Of a stretch of DNA of 64,000 bases, positions 46,901-57,700 are shown piece by piece (positions within the stretch are counted from its first letter, which is position 1; each line of letters begins with the position of its first letter). This DNA comes from a virus: the IMG/VR virus record IMGVR_UViG_3300046777_002497, positions 10,079 to 74,078 of that record, one strand, 5' to 3'. Below the pieces are notes generated by a model that did no database searches, was not told the origin of the DNA, and was given only the letters and a program-made list of their open reading frames with translations. Both the position numbers and the translations under genes were made by a program.

Positions 46901-48041
46901 TACCAGCACTGGCCCTGCCAAGCAGCACGCCAGATGCCACTTGCTGGATTTTGGCAAACGTAACTGCATTGTCTGCAATGTCGGCAGTGACAATTGACCC
47001 ACTTGCATAGCTTCCCGATGGGATGGAAGAAGCAGTGATGACCGTGCCAGTTAAATCTCCCGATGCAAGAGAAAGCTTGCCAATGGTAACTGAACCAGAT
47101 GCAAGCTTGTCAGTGGTAACGCCACTATCAACAAGATTAATTGTTGCCACTGCGCTAGCAGCAAGCTTTGCCTGGGTGACGCCAGAATCAATGATATTGA
47201 CGGTCGCCACTGCATTTGCAGCAAGTTTCGCCTGTGTAATACCACTTGCAACTAGCTGAGCAGTGTCAACGCTTCCGCTGGCCATCTTGGCCAATGTCAC
47301 CGCACTATTGACAATGTTGATGGTATCAATAGATCCGCTAGCTAGCTTGACTTGCGTAATGCCACTATCTACAATGTTGACAGCGGCCACTGCATTAGCA
47401 GCAAGCTTTGCCTGTGTCACTCCGCTATCAACAATATTGACAGTAAGGACAGAATCGGCAGCAAGCTTGCCTTGAACAACGCCACTGGCGGCCAATTGAA
47501 CAGCACCAACTGCTCCGCTTGCAATCTTTGCCGTGGTAACGTTTGCATCAGCAATCTTTGCAGTGGTCACTGCATCATTGTTGATTTTGCCAGTGGTAAT
47601 AGCAAGATCTTCAATGAGGGAAGTACTAATCGTATTGCCAGTGGCGACAGCGCCGAGAGAAAGCGTTGAACGTGCCGTTGCTGCGTCTGCATCGTCCAAC
47701 AGAGAACGAGCAAATGAAGTGCAAGTGATTTCTTCGATATTTCCCGCGCCTGCACTGCTTCTTCCTAAAAGTCGATCAGTGGCACTTACTTGTTGAATCT
47801 TGTCGTAAGTGAGAACGTTCGTTCCAATGGCGGCAGCACCAAGTTTTGCTACGCTTGCCTGGTTGATCTTAGAAATATCCAGCGTCGAAGCATCTGCAAG
47901 ATTAAAGCCTGCTTGAATCAGGCTCTTCACTTGTACTTTCTTTGTCTGACTAGCACTTACATCTGCAATAGGCAGCACGTCATTAGACGATACGCCTCCC
48001 TGAGGAAGTTCTACAAGCTCCGTAATTCTTTGATCAGCCAT
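43995..48041 (-). CDS. Long tail fibre
   Basis: VTTAKIAD-type repeats, ARTTLGLG repeats, G.VQL..S...AAT..AVK.AYD fibre repeat. Confidence 0.8.
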   Translation of the reverse strand: MADQRITELVELPQGGVSSNDVLPIADVSASQTKKVQVKSLIQAGFNLADASTLDISKINQASVAKLGAAAIGTNVLTYDKIQQVSATDRLLGRSSAGAGNIEEITCTSFARSLLDDADAATARSTLSLGAVATGNTISTSLIEDLAITTGKINNDAVTTAKIADANVTTAKIASGAVGAVQLAASGVVQGKLAADSVLTVNIVDSGVTQAKLAANAVAAVNIVDSGITQVKLASGSIDTINIVNSAVTLAKMASGSVDTAQLVASGITQAKLAANAVATVNIIDSGVTQAKLAASAVATINLVDSGVTTDKLASGSVTIGKLSLASGDLTGTVITASSIPSGSYASGSIVTADIADNAVTFAKIQQVASGVLLGRASAGSGNIEAITLTEAGRALLDDADAAAQRTTLGLGSIAVQAASGVDITGGTAVLSSGTITYATINGGVISGITDLAVADGGTGASTASGARTNLGLAIGADVQAYDAALASIAGLTTASGQIIYTTASDTYATSTITAAGRAILDDADASAQRTTLGLGSLAVKNTVGSGDYDSSSIVTANIADSAITTAKIANSGVTTDKIVDANVTQAKLASDSVSTAKIVDSGVTTAKLANNAVSYAKIQATTTSDVILGRSSASGGTVEEIACTSAARSILDDATIADIRTTLGLGTLATQNGSFSGTSTGTNTGDQTITLSGDVTGTGTGAFAATIANDAVTTAKILDSAITTAKITNSGVTAVKLADNSAAVVAGSSPIGNGSFIGQQWFNTSDGYEYTWTGSVWQRQTGLVTTVVSGDTVYSFTTSYPDSFSASIVPSLNTQVASRFFAGPASGNSDAAPTFRAISASDLPKATTSALGVAQAGTGLVTVSGIFNHANSVASGIYYKVTVDEEGHISAGETALVADDIPGLPASKITTGTFGSGFIGEDAVRASNLANYSVSQFGEALPSADFIGQFFFNPLEKDLYLWDGNVWNPVGISVGEIIFGGTYNASGNIIASTSSDGAAVGLSIGQPLPTPSATFNRYYVVVESGGTGVAPAPATALQPPDILLCNGTAWTEVDVSSTYTAQAAVNVAFTPAANISSTNVQAALEEVSTECRNASNVASGILAVAYGGTGTGTYTKGDILVASGTTLVKQAIGTNGQVLTANSAFGPGVHWATPASGTVLSVSVNSPLTVVSGSTTPVISIPDASTSVRGSVQLTDSTSTTSSSLAATATAVKSAYDLANAALPKAGGTITGEVVIGNTGTLLFEGATDNAFEIQLTAADATSDKVVTLPDTTGTVITTGDTGTVTNTMLAGSIADTKLSTISTAGKVSNSATTATSSNTTSAIVARDSSGNFSAGTIDATIDEGTF

Positions 48042-48095
48042 TGCAGGAAGGTGCGGGTCTCAATACAGTCTAGTCTTAAACGATATTAGCTATTA

Positions 48096-49106
48096 TCAGT
48101 CGGTGATTTCCTTAAGCAGATAATCAAGACCCTGCTCAAGATAAATGGCGTCATTATCTTCCTTGAGGATATATTCTGGTGGCACTCCCACGCGAAGCTT
48201 GAATTCGCCAGTAGTAACAAAATCAATTGAACATGCAACTAAAGCATCGGAAGTGACTGTCACTCCCGCTCTCGTCACCACTGCTTCAATGTCATAGTAA
48301 ACTTCCTCCCTGAAAGAAGCAGATTGATCAATGGAAGAGAGAGAAAGGAGCGCCTTAAAATTGCTGCCAACGTCTAATCGGTTGATCACTTGCAGCAGGA
48401 ATAGCGGCACATCTTCATTGCCTGTCGTTTCGTAACTAAACAAGCATTCAATGCTTCCATTGCCACTAAGTAGTCCAGCCGAATATTGCTGCTTAAATCT
48501 GTCAGACAGGCTAGTCGTCTCCATCGCTGCCCTGTCCGTATTAATTTCAAAAGAAGTGACAGAGCCAAGTGTGTTATATCTGGTATCCCTCACTCCCACT
48601 GTTATTTCAATGGGCTCTCCATAAAAGGCAGCAAGTTCATATTCATCTGCCCTTTCATTGTTAATTGCATCATTGAAATTCTCGAATAAGCGTACGCCGC
48701 CCACTCTGTTGATATTCGCATATGCACGGGCGTTATTAGAGAAAATATAATCGCCTAGCCTGAACTCATCATATCCCTCAGGCGGCAAATCTGAACTAGT
48801 CGTAATATTGTCATCATCCCAGCCAGCAAGTCCGGCCGTACTTCCTGACGCCCACACCACTTCGCTATAGCCGTCTACTGGCTCTCCTGGAATGCTCCAA
48901 AACGATGGAGGAAGAAAAAGAAGACCACGCGGATCCTCCGTCGTAATCTCAAGCAGATCTCCAGTGATTAAATTGTCGTCGCTTCCTTCAAAGCTAAATC
49001 TGTTTAAAGTTGTATTAACATCATCGGGAGAAATAATGGCAGTGAAAGTATTTTCACCACCACGCTGTAGCTTGATTGCGCCTGTATGGCCAACAAAAAA
49101 CGTCAT
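48096..49106 (-). CDS. Tail structural protein
   Basis: Tube-like C-terminal half; tail module context. Confidence 0.6.
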   Translation of the reverse strand: MTFFVGHTGAIKLQRGGENTFTAIISPDDVNTTLNRFSFEGSDDNLITGDLLEITTEDPRGLLFLPPSFWSIPGEPVDGYSEVVWASGSTAGLAGWDDDNITTSSDLPPEGYDEFRLGDYIFSNNARAYANINRVGGVRLFENFNDAINNERADEYELAAFYGEPIEITVGVRDTRYNTLGSVTSFEINTDRAAMETTSLSDRFKQQYSAGLLSGNGSIECLFSYETTGNEDVPLFLLQVINRLDVGSNFKALLSLSSIDQSASFREEVYYDIEAVVTRAGVTVTSDALVACSIDFVTTGEFKLRVGVPPEYILKEDNDAIYLEQGLDYLLKEITD

Positions 49107-49148
49107 CTCGCTACAGCCTTAATTATTCCATTGTATCTATGCCCAAAA

Positions 49149-49568
49149 TCAGGTGGTGCCAGTGAGCACGACGGAAGTAAGAGGACCATCAACGGTGAAA
49201 TTAAACGATACCGTCGTCAGTTCGTCAGTGGAGGAAGAAATACTGGCGCTGTTAATAAAAGCATTGCCCGTAAATGTTTGACCAGTGCCCACTTCAAAAG
49301 TGAGGGACACGCGATCACTATCAGTGATGGCACCAGTCTTTGCAATGCGCTCCAGAAGGTTGGTTGTGTCTGTTGTATCGCCATTGTAATACGACAGGGA
49401 AGCGCTACCAGTGGCACTAAACAAGCCAGGCGTAAAGGTATTAGCAGTATCACCCAGAGAAGTGGTATCCAGCATATTGACGGACGTATCAAGCGTCCAG
49501 TTCTTTACCTTGGAAACTTCGCTTCCACCAAGGCGAAGCTTGCCAGTGCGACCAGTGTAAAAAGGCAT
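49149..49568 (-). CDS. Tail tube-like minor protein
   Basis: W.LD.....DTTSLGD...F.F...G pattern. Confidence 0.65.
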   Translation of the reverse strand: MPFYTGRTGKLRLGGSEVSKVKNWTLDTSVNMLDTTSLGDTANTFTPGLFSATGSASLSYYNGDTTDTTNLLERIAKTGAITDSDRVSLTFEVGTGQTFTGNAFINSASISSSTDELTTVSFNFTVDGPLTSVVLTGTT

Positions 49569-49611
49569 TGCTCTAAGGCTTTTGTTTTAATACTAGCAAA
49601 ATTCTAATTGC

Positions 49612-52600
49612 TTAACCAATGATCTTGAATAGACCTGGATCTTGCCGTGCAATTAATGATCTAGTTTGACCATTAGATTCTTCGCATGGATGTTCTATTG
49701 CCTTAATTGTCACTTCTCCTTCTTCGCTCATCTCCACTTCAGTCACGCGAAACACTCGTTTTTGAGTGAGCAATGAGCCCAGCACAAATAGCCATCCCTT
49801 GTATTGAGCCAACGCAGGCGCTTGGCCATTAGAAACAGCGATGGAAGTGAGGCGAGCAGTGGTTGACGCACCATCGTAAACTAAAACAGAGAACGTTCCA
49901 TTAATAGGACTTTCTGAAATAGGAGCATTTAACACCCCTCCCGATTCAATGATGCCACTGCTAATGTTGTCCCAGAGATTTTCGTCTGTTTGCACGTAAA
50001 TATAGGAACCGGGCTGTACTGGCGCTTCTGTTGGGAAGGTTTGAAACTCCACAGCCCTTCTAACATGCCGCCTTTGCATGCACATCAGCATTCCGTAGTG
50101 CAATGCCTGCGTGCGAGACGTGACGAACTGAGACAAGTCAAACGTAGCTCTACGCGCATCGGCATCATTTACATCGGACAGCGATACTACGAGGCTTGTA
50201 TTCTTAGGGAACACACCGTCTCTCTCAGGAGCGCGATAGATGACAGTGGCCACTAAGTCCTGTGTTGAATCTCCATAGTCCAAAAACTCTTCTTTGTAAC
50301 TGTCTTCCAGAATATTGCCCTGATTAAATAATGCACTAATCGTCACCACTCTGTTAATACGCCCCGTGTTGTCAGTAGGCAATGCGGGAATCAGCGTATC
50401 TCGCCCGCCAATTCGCGCCAGTTCCAACATGCAGTAAGGAGCTGTCTCAGCCCAGAATTCACGCCACGATGTAATATCAGCAATCACGCCATCCATATAG
50501 TATCCCATCGTCTTGTTCATTTTCTTGGCAAATGCAAGCTTTTGCAGATCCACCCCATTGATATTTGCGAATTTGCCAATGCCATTCTTGGGATCCAGAA
50601 GAGTGTCAAGGAAGATGTCTGAAGCGAAATTGCTAGGGCCATCGGGGCTAGCAGGATAAGCACCAGTGCCTTCATTGATTCTCCTCACACGCTTTCCTTT
50701 AAGAACAAATGCGCTCAGTGAACGCAGACTACGCACGCCTTGGCCACTAAAGCAATTAAAACCAATAAGAGTGAGGTCTTGATAAATGGCAGGAAAATTT
50801 ATGTCATAATTTAAATCTTGTTGCTGTTCAGTTACTGCCGTGATTTCAAACTCGGGACCACTTTCAAATGAAAAAGAAATATTGGCATCAGATGAACATG
50901 CCTTAATCACTTCTTTTGCGCCCGTCGATGTATCGCCGTCAGTAATTAACGATGGAGGATAGAGGCACCATTCATCAATAGCGAAAGGGCTTTTATTGCG
51001 AGGGGGAAGATTGCTAGTAGCGGGCTGTCTAGTGCTGCCATAGAACTTGACTTTTCCAATGCCACCTGGAATATCAAGCGTAGAAATGTTCTCTACTGTT
51101 TGACCGGCAGACAGATAGACAAAAGGAAGCGGTCCATGCTTCCTCATTTCAGAAGGCGTATCAAAGACCGGCTCAAACCTAAAGGCCCAGCGCTTAGATG
51201 AATCAGGCGCTTCAAAATACAATGGAAAGAAGAAGTCATTATCAGCAGCTCGCCGTAAGACAAAAATACGTGGCACCAAGGACCAGTTAGAAGAAGTGGC
51301 TTCTCTCACGAACATCAAAAAGAAAGCACTGCGATGCTTGAGTCCATTGTCGGACTGCCTATAGTTATTAACCGTCACATCTCCATATTGTTTCTGCCTT
51401 CCCTGTATGCGCATGAATACTTTGCCACGAATGGCGAAGTTTACCACTTTACAAGCGGACACTGTTTCATACGAAGCTTCTTGAATTTTTGTCAAGCATT
51501 TTGTAATGAGAAAATCATTAAGCCCCTCTGGGCTTGCAAGCGTAGCTTTAATGGCGGCAATTCGCGCGTCTATAGCAGCGATTTGATTCGTAATATCAGC
51601 GTTGTATCTATCAATGGCTGGCTGATCAATTTGAATGACGGAAGCAATGCGGCTCTCCACTTCCCGCATTGTATTGCGCACTGCTCTCAAGATTTGCCTT
51701 TCTTCGCGAGCGCCTAGTTCTCCTTTGTTCCTTCTGTTGTTAATAATTGGAGCGAAGTCGGTATTATTTACCACCGTAAAACCAGCTACGCTTGAAAAGC
51801 TGCTTTGAACATCATTGACAACGCGCTCAAGTTCAGCAAGATAATTGAATAGCTTTTGATCTGCAAATTGATCTTGCTCTACCAAACGCTGCAATCTGTC
51901 GCGATTGGCGCGTAAGCTAGCTTTAACAGTGGCAATAGTTGCGCGTTTTGCCGTGATCAGTCTGTCTTTGGTGGTGTTAGATTGATTTGTTTTTCTAATT
52001 TCAGTGATCTCCTCTCGAAGCTCCTCAAGTTTATTTTCTTCTGCGCTAATTTGATTCGCTAAATTTACTCCCCTGTCTGAGAATAAATTTTCATTAGTCA
52101 GCACAAACTCATCCAACTCTGCCCTATTGGACTTATTAATGCGCTTGTACATGATCATATCATCAAGCAGCGTTTCTAGCTGGTTGTAATATGAATTAAA
52201 CCTATTGAACGCAGATTGCTGTGCCGCCGTTAAATTTTGTACAGTAATTGTCGGATTGAAAAGCGTGGCTAGTCGCTCTTTTTCCGCTTTTAGAGCAGGA
52301 ATTTCGGAACTAAGTTCATCTTCCTGTTGTAATGTACTGCGAGTGCTGTAGTCTTCCTCTGGTCCAAAGCCACTTTCGGTGCATTGCAACGTCACGTTCA
52401 GAGCGGCATTGTTTAAATCTTCACTCCCGCTCATGCCAACCACTTTAAACTTGGCACTGCCAAGCTTGTAAATGCTGGCACCATCAATGGAAGAAGCAGC
52501 GACCAAGCGATCTTCTTCCGCTGCCTTTTCTGCCAAGTCTCCTTTGCCATCAGTTTTTGCAATGCGCAGCTTTACTTGCTGCCCAACGGGAAATGGCGTG

Positions 52601-53460
52601 CGAGCGCTGCCGTATGTACCCGGCCAATAAATACCCTTATCTTCCATCTCAATACGATTAGGGCTGCCTTTCGGGGAGCCATCGTCCTCCCGCTCAAAAA
52701 TATTTACATTAATTGGAATGGGGCTAGTAATACCAAATTCAGAGAACGATGATGGGGAAAATGCTTGGCTAAAGCCACTAAACGATTCAGTAGAGACGAT
52801 GTAGGGGCGATAGGCAAGTTCACCGCCAGCTCTGCCTGTGCGAGATGGATCAGACGTATCGCCTGGTGGATTTAAAAGATTATTGAAAGTGACAGGACCG
52901 CCATTGCGGAAATACAGCCAATTACCAGCATTTACAAATTGCCTAAGTGGCACTTGTCCAAAAGCAGTGCGATTAGGAGCAATTTCTGTAATATCAGAGC
53001 TGCCAATGGTCGCAAGCATTTGCATGTATTGCTTGCCTCCATAGCTATGCACAGCCGACCATAGCAGCGACGAAGCTACTCTCACTCCACCATCGGGATT
53101 GGCATCAATGTCTGTGTAAACCAAATTAACAGGATCGCCATATTGCGCTAAGTCTTGAGCGCTATCGAAGCCGAACCTAGGGCTATATCTACGCTCCCTG
53201 CGACCAACGCCTGCTCTTGCTTCTTGAGGAATCTGTGGACGCGGCATCAACAGCGCAGACGCCACTGATGCAAGTGTTCCTACGATGGAAAGAATTAAGG
53301 CTACGGTGCCAGTTTCTAAGCCATTGCGAATATCTAAAATGCTGCCATCTTTGATGTCCTTATATTGCTCTTGATAAGCAATGAAACGAAAATAATCTTC
53401 TTCTGTAATGCCAAGAGTGTCAATCAAGGCACGTTCGTAAGGAAGAAGGCGTCTCATCAC
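49612..53460 (-). CDS. Tail tip/host specificity protein (lambda J-like)
   Basis: Size, position after K/L/M-like genes, internal coiled-coil insertion. Confidence 0.72.
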   Translation of the reverse strand: MMRRLLPYERALIDTLGITEEDYFRFIAYQEQYKDIKDGSILDIRNGLETGTVALILSIVGTLASVASALLMPRPQIPQEARAGVGRRERRYSPRFGFDSAQDLAQYGDPVNLVYTDIDANPDGGVRVASSLLWSAVHSYGGKQYMQMLATIGSSDITEIAPNRTAFGQVPLRQFVNAGNWLYFRNGGPVTFNNLLNPPGDTSDPSRTGRAGGELAYRPYIVSTESFSGFSQAFSPSSFSEFGITSPIPINVNIFEREDDGSPKGSPNRIEMEDKGIYWPGTYGSARTPFPVGQQVKLRIAKTDGKGDLAEKAAEEDRLVAASSIDGASIYKLGSAKFKVVGMSGSEDLNNAALNVTLQCTESGFGPEEDYSTRSTLQQEDELSSEIPALKAEKERLATLFNPTITVQNLTAAQQSAFNRFNSYYNQLETLLDDMIMYKRINKSNRAELDEFVLTNENLFSDRGVNLANQISAEENKLEELREEITEIRKTNQSNTTKDRLITAKRATIATVKASLRANRDRLQRLVEQDQFADQKLFNYLAELERVVNDVQSSFSSVAGFTVVNNTDFAPIINNRRNKGELGAREERQILRAVRNTMREVESRIASVIQIDQPAIDRYNADITNQIAAIDARIAAIKATLASPEGLNDFLITKCLTKIQEASYETVSACKVVNFAIRGKVFMRIQGRQKQYGDVTVNNYRQSDNGLKHRSAFFLMFVREATSSNWSLVPRIFVLRRAADNDFFFPLYFEAPDSSKRWAFRFEPVFDTPSEMRKHGPLPFVYLSAGQTVENISTLDIPGGIGKVKFYGSTRQPATSNLPPRNKSPFAIDEWCLYPPSLITDGDTSTGAKEVIKACSSDANISFSFESGPEFEITAVTEQQQDLNYDINFPAIYQDLTLIGFNCFSGQGVRSLRSLSAFVLKGKRVRRINEGTGAYPASPDGPSNFASDIFLDTLLDPKNGIGKFANINGVDLQKLAFAKKMNKTMGYYMDGVIADITSWREFWAETAPYCMLELARIGGRDTLIPALPTDNTGRINRVVTISALFNQGNILEDSYKEEFLDYGDSTQDLVATVIYRAPERDGVFPKNTSLVVSLSDVNDADARRATFDLSQFVTSRTQALHYGMLMCMQRRHVRRAVEFQTFPTEAPVQPGSYIYVQTDENLWDNISSGIIESGGVLNAPISESPINGTFSVLVYDGASTTARLTSIAVSNGQAPALAQYKGWLFVLGSLLTQKRVFRVTEVEMSEEGEVTIKAIEHPCEESNGQTRSLIARQDPGLFKIIG

Positions 53461-53852
53461 TTAATATCAGGCAGCATTGCAAATAGCTTAATCGCAGAAA
53501 GAGATGGTTCGGCCACCCAGAACGACCTTGCTCCTTTTGCAATGATAAGTATCCCCCTATCATAAACTACTCCCACTGCCAACTCACCACTAAGATTCTT
53601 CATTATTGCTACATTGCCATCGTTTAATTCTGTAGTCTTCTTTCCGTTGGTCAATAACCATCGCATAATACGAGGCATTGGCAGATTGCCTGCATCATAT
53701 TGATCATACGCCCATTGAAAATCTTCCTCGTAATCATGAAGCCCTAGTCGTCTTCGTGCTTCACAAACGAGCATAAAGCAATCACTTCTGCCATTGCCAT
53801 CTGCGGGTCGAGCCCGTCGCTCGTAAGACAGACCAATTAGATCATTGATCAT
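53457..53852 (-). CDS. NlpC/P60-like tail assembly protein
   Basis: LIGL.Y, DC..LV motif. Confidence 0.65.
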   Translation of the reverse strand: MINDLIGLSYERRARPADGNGRSDCFMLVCEARRRLGLHDYEEDFQWAYDQYDAGNLPMPRIMRWLLTNGKKTTELNDGNVAIMKNLSGELAVGVVYDRGILIIAKGARSFWVAEPSLSAIKLFAMLPDIK

Positions 53853-54358
53853 TGCAGGATCAAATCAGAGTTCAATGGGAGAATGCCTGTATTTTGCCTG
53901 GATAATTGTTGCCCTGGGAAACCAGCACCCACGCTATCCATTGCGCTCCTGAAGCGTAGTTCAATCGTAGTATCACTAAATGCAGCACCCACACCGACAT
54001 AGTATTCCACATATTGACTTGTCACTGTATAAGCTGCATAGTTTGTCAAGTCCCCACTATTTGCCATCCATACTGTCTTAAGCTCTAGAGTGCTAAGCCT
54101 ATTGCCTTCTGCATCTTCTACCATCGCAATAGCAAAAGGAGAATGTGGAAACAAAAGCTGCAAAGCAGGATTATCTCCTCCCAATGCGGCAGTGGACCCC
54201 TGTGCTTGAAACGGCGCATGACGATATAGAGGAGAAGCACTACCAGGAATTGCTACGGCAGTAAAATCTTTGCCAAAGAAATAGTTCTGATAGTAGTGCG
54301 AGCGTCCATTTGCTGTTTGAATGAAAGCAAAATGCGCCACTCGAATTGTTGGCATCAT
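53849..54358 (-). CDS. Minor tail protein (L-like)
   Basis: Synteny. Confidence 0.55.
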   Translation of the reverse strand: MMPTIRVAHFAFIQTANGRSHYYQNYFFGKDFTAVAIPGSASPLYRHAPFQAQGSTAALGGDNPALQLLFPHSPFAIAMVEDAEGNRLSTLELKTVWMANSGDLTNYAAYTVTSQYVEYYVGVGAAFSDTTIELRFRSAMDSVGAGFPGQQLSRQNTGILPLNSDLILQ

Positions 54359-54363
54359 TGTAA

Positions 54364-54759
54364 TCAGACCCCAGAATAATCAAGCTCGCCAATCAAGCTC
54401 ACTGTAACAGTGCTTCTTCCATTGAACACACTTTCAACTTGCGGAGGTTGAGCGTATTCCCAGAGAATACTGGCTGGAGCTTGTACAACGCCGCGAAGGC
54501 TATCGCTCATGCCAGAAAACGTATCATTGGGCAGAGTAAAACGCGTGTAATTTCCGGCTTGTCCGTAATAATGATCAAGAATGAGCTTGACATTAGCATC
54601 AGTGATGTTGGCAAACTCTAGTTCGATGGAATGACCAAATGAACGATTGCCAAAGATGCGCTTTACAGTGGCGCCAGAAAGACCTCGATAAACTTTTGTA
54701 GGGAATTGTCCCGGCGCATAAGAGCGCCTAGTCGGTCGGATAGAAGGGAAAACTGCCAT
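54364..54759 (-). CDS. Distal/minor tail protein (M-like)
   Basis: Immediately after the tape measure gene. Confidence 0.6.
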   Translation of the reverse strand: MAVFPSIRPTRRSYAPGQFPTKVYRGLSGATVKRIFGNRSFGHSIELEFANITDANVKLILDHYYGQAGNYTRFTLPNDTFSGMSDSLRGVVQAPASILWEYAQPPQVESVFNGRSTVTVSLIGELDYSGV

Positions 54760-57700
54760 TAGCGCATACCAATGCGAGAACGAGTGGAGGGACTTTGTTT
54801 GATTTTATCTAAAGTCATTGCCATGCCTTGTTTTGCTCCTCCAGAAATGGAAGCACGACGTGTTTCTGCCATGGCCATTTCTAACTGCTCCCTGCTTACA
54901 TACTCTACGCCATTGATCTTGGTAGTCTCGAATTTCATATTGAGAGAAGGAGCGGCGGGCATGCCAGGAGCATTGCCTCCCATTAGATCGCGGGCAGACT
55001 TGCCGCCAAGCTGCACGGGAATACTTCTGCCATCGGGAAGGGGAACAATGGCCTCGTTGTAACGCCCTTCGCCTACAAGGCCAAGAGTGGGACCAGAGAC
55101 AGCTCCTCCATTGGCGAATGCACGGAAGGGAATAAAGCCACCACGGGCAATGCCACCATTGGCGAATGCCATACCGGGAGGCAATGCTGATGCTGGAATG
55201 TCTACGCCTTGAACAATGGCAGATGCTCCGCCTCCACCTCCAAACATGCCTGCAATATTACTAAATCCACCCAAGAGACCACCGACACTGCTCATGATCA
55301 TGCCAATGCCGCCAAGAGTGTTAGCAAAACCGCCTTCTTTCGCTTGGTTAATGCCAGCAGCAATGCCCATAATTGAGCCTGCGGCTACACCAATACCTTG
55401 TACTGTTGCACCCAGTGCTTTTTGCCAATCAATGTTAGCCTCTTTTGTTTTTTCTGCCGTTTTATTGACAGTTTCGGCGACGCCTTCTGTAGCAGTGTTC
55501 AGGTTTTCAGTGGCAGCACCGATTGACTCCTCAAATTGCATTCCTGCGGGCATCTGATCAATTGGCACGTCAATACCTTGAACAATGGCCGAAGACATGG
55601 CTCCAGGAAGAGCTTGAGCCTGTTGACCACCGGGAGCGGCGCCAACCATTCTGTCAGTATTGTTTTTAATGTCTGTTTGTATTTGTTTCTGCGCTTGTAG
55701 TTCCTTTAACTGGGCTTCCATTGCAGAAATAGTTTTCTGCCTTTGTTGCTCCTCGTTTGGCACTCCAAAAATTGCTCCCAATTGATCCTTGAAGAACTTT
55801 TCAACTGGCTGCATTGCAAAGTCAAAGAACATAGTCAATGCCTGATCAGCTAAAGCTTCTTGTGCTTTTTTAAGCGCCTCAACTGAATCGCCGCCCTTGG
55901 CAATCTCTTTAAACATGTCTTCATAAGTGCCAGTTACACCTTCCACGGATTGATTAATGCGTTCCGATGTTTCTTGCAATGCTTTCATTGCGTCAGCGTT
56001 CTTCATTGTTGCGATAGCGCTTTCAAGGGCGGCAATTTGATATTGTTTTTGTTGTTCTGTTAATTTATTAAGCTCGTCTTTATTTTGCGCAATGGCTTGA
56101 GTGTAGAACTGAAGTGCTTGCTTTTCTGTTTCGGTCAATTTGATCCCTTTCTGCTGTCTCTCTTGCAACGCAGCCACTTCCTTTTCGTATCTTGCAGTTT
56201 CCTCCGTATTGTTCTTAATTCTTTCTCCCATTTCGTAATTGGTCTTTGCCAGGTCTTCTTGATATTTGATGTATTCTTCTGGCATTCCCTTGAGCTGCAA
56301 ATCATTTCTAATCTTCAGCAAATCATTTTCTAATCGTTGCTGAGCGACAGGAAAGATTGCGTCAATATTACCAGCGATCAAAGCCTTTCTTTTCTCAAGT
56401 GCTTCAGTAGTCGCCATTACGGCTTCGCGAGTAGCTTTTTCTGCTTCCATATACATTTGTGTTTGCTCTACTTCCAATTTGCCACCAGCCTTCTCTGTAC
56501 GACGCTGCTGCGTGTATCCGCCCCCTCCAATACCAAGAATGGATTGAACCTTAGCTGTAAGTTGTTTTTCCTGCCCAATAGGTACTTGTGCGCCAGGAAC
56601 ATCAAATGCGAGACCAGAATAATGAGCAGATCCAGGCGTATGGCGGCCAACTGGACTACGCCCCTTAAATTCCGTTACTTGTACTCCTGCTTTCGTAAGT
56701 TGCTGGTAAGCAGCTTCTGCTAATGCTCTAGACGCAAACGCCAAGTGTTCGTGGTAATTTGATCCACCATGATCGGCCTTGTAATAAGGGCTAGACGGAT
56801 CGCCGGTGATGTACTGAGTCATTCCACCAGGCAGTTTGCCACCGGCGGTGGGTCTTGTTCCACTTTCAGAAGCGGCAACAGTGTTTTGCGCAGCCCTGTA
56901 TTCAGCAATAGCTTTTGTGGCATTTTGTTCGGCTTTTCGCACGATGTCAATGCGATTAAGTTCAAGCTTTTGCAAATCTTGCTGGAATTTTTCCTGACGA
57001 GCCTGAATGGAATTAAGTCCCGCAAGTTCATATTCATTACGAGCATCAATAAGATTAATTTGATGCTGAAAACCTAAATCATCTAATGCCATAAGACCTT
57101 GTAGGCGAGCCTTATCCAATGCATTTTGCCTGTTAGCGGCATCAATGGCAAGTTGCTGAGCCTGATTAGCAAGTTTTTCTGAGTTTTTCGCTTTATCTTT
57201 GCTCAGGTCTTCTTCTAATTTGCGTTGCTCTTTTGCAGTGCGTGCTGCTTGTGCTGCTGCATATTCTTCACCTTCCCGTGAGCCCTGAGCAATGCCATCG
57301 CGAATTGATTGAGCAGTTTGCGCTTGTTGCAATGACAGTCGCTCATATTCACCTTTTGCCATGGGGCCGGGGACATTATGTTTTGTAATGCCGTACAATC
57401 CTCGCTGATTTGCTTTTCCAGTGAACTGAGGCAGATCAGCGCCCATCTCACGAGCAAATTGAATTTCTTCAGCAGTTAAGATTCCTCCTCCGGTAGTCGC
57501 AGACGCAAGTTTTCTATAGATTCCAGAAAGCTTGGCAGCGGAACGAGCTTCTGCTTCCTTGCTAGCAGCAGCACTGCGACCCGACTCCACTCCACCTGCA
57601 TATGCAGCCTTCACTTCCGCTCTTGCTCCCTTTCCTTTTGCTCCAACCGCTTCCGCTTCCGCTCTTAGTCGTTGAATCCGATTAATTAGCTGATCAATGA

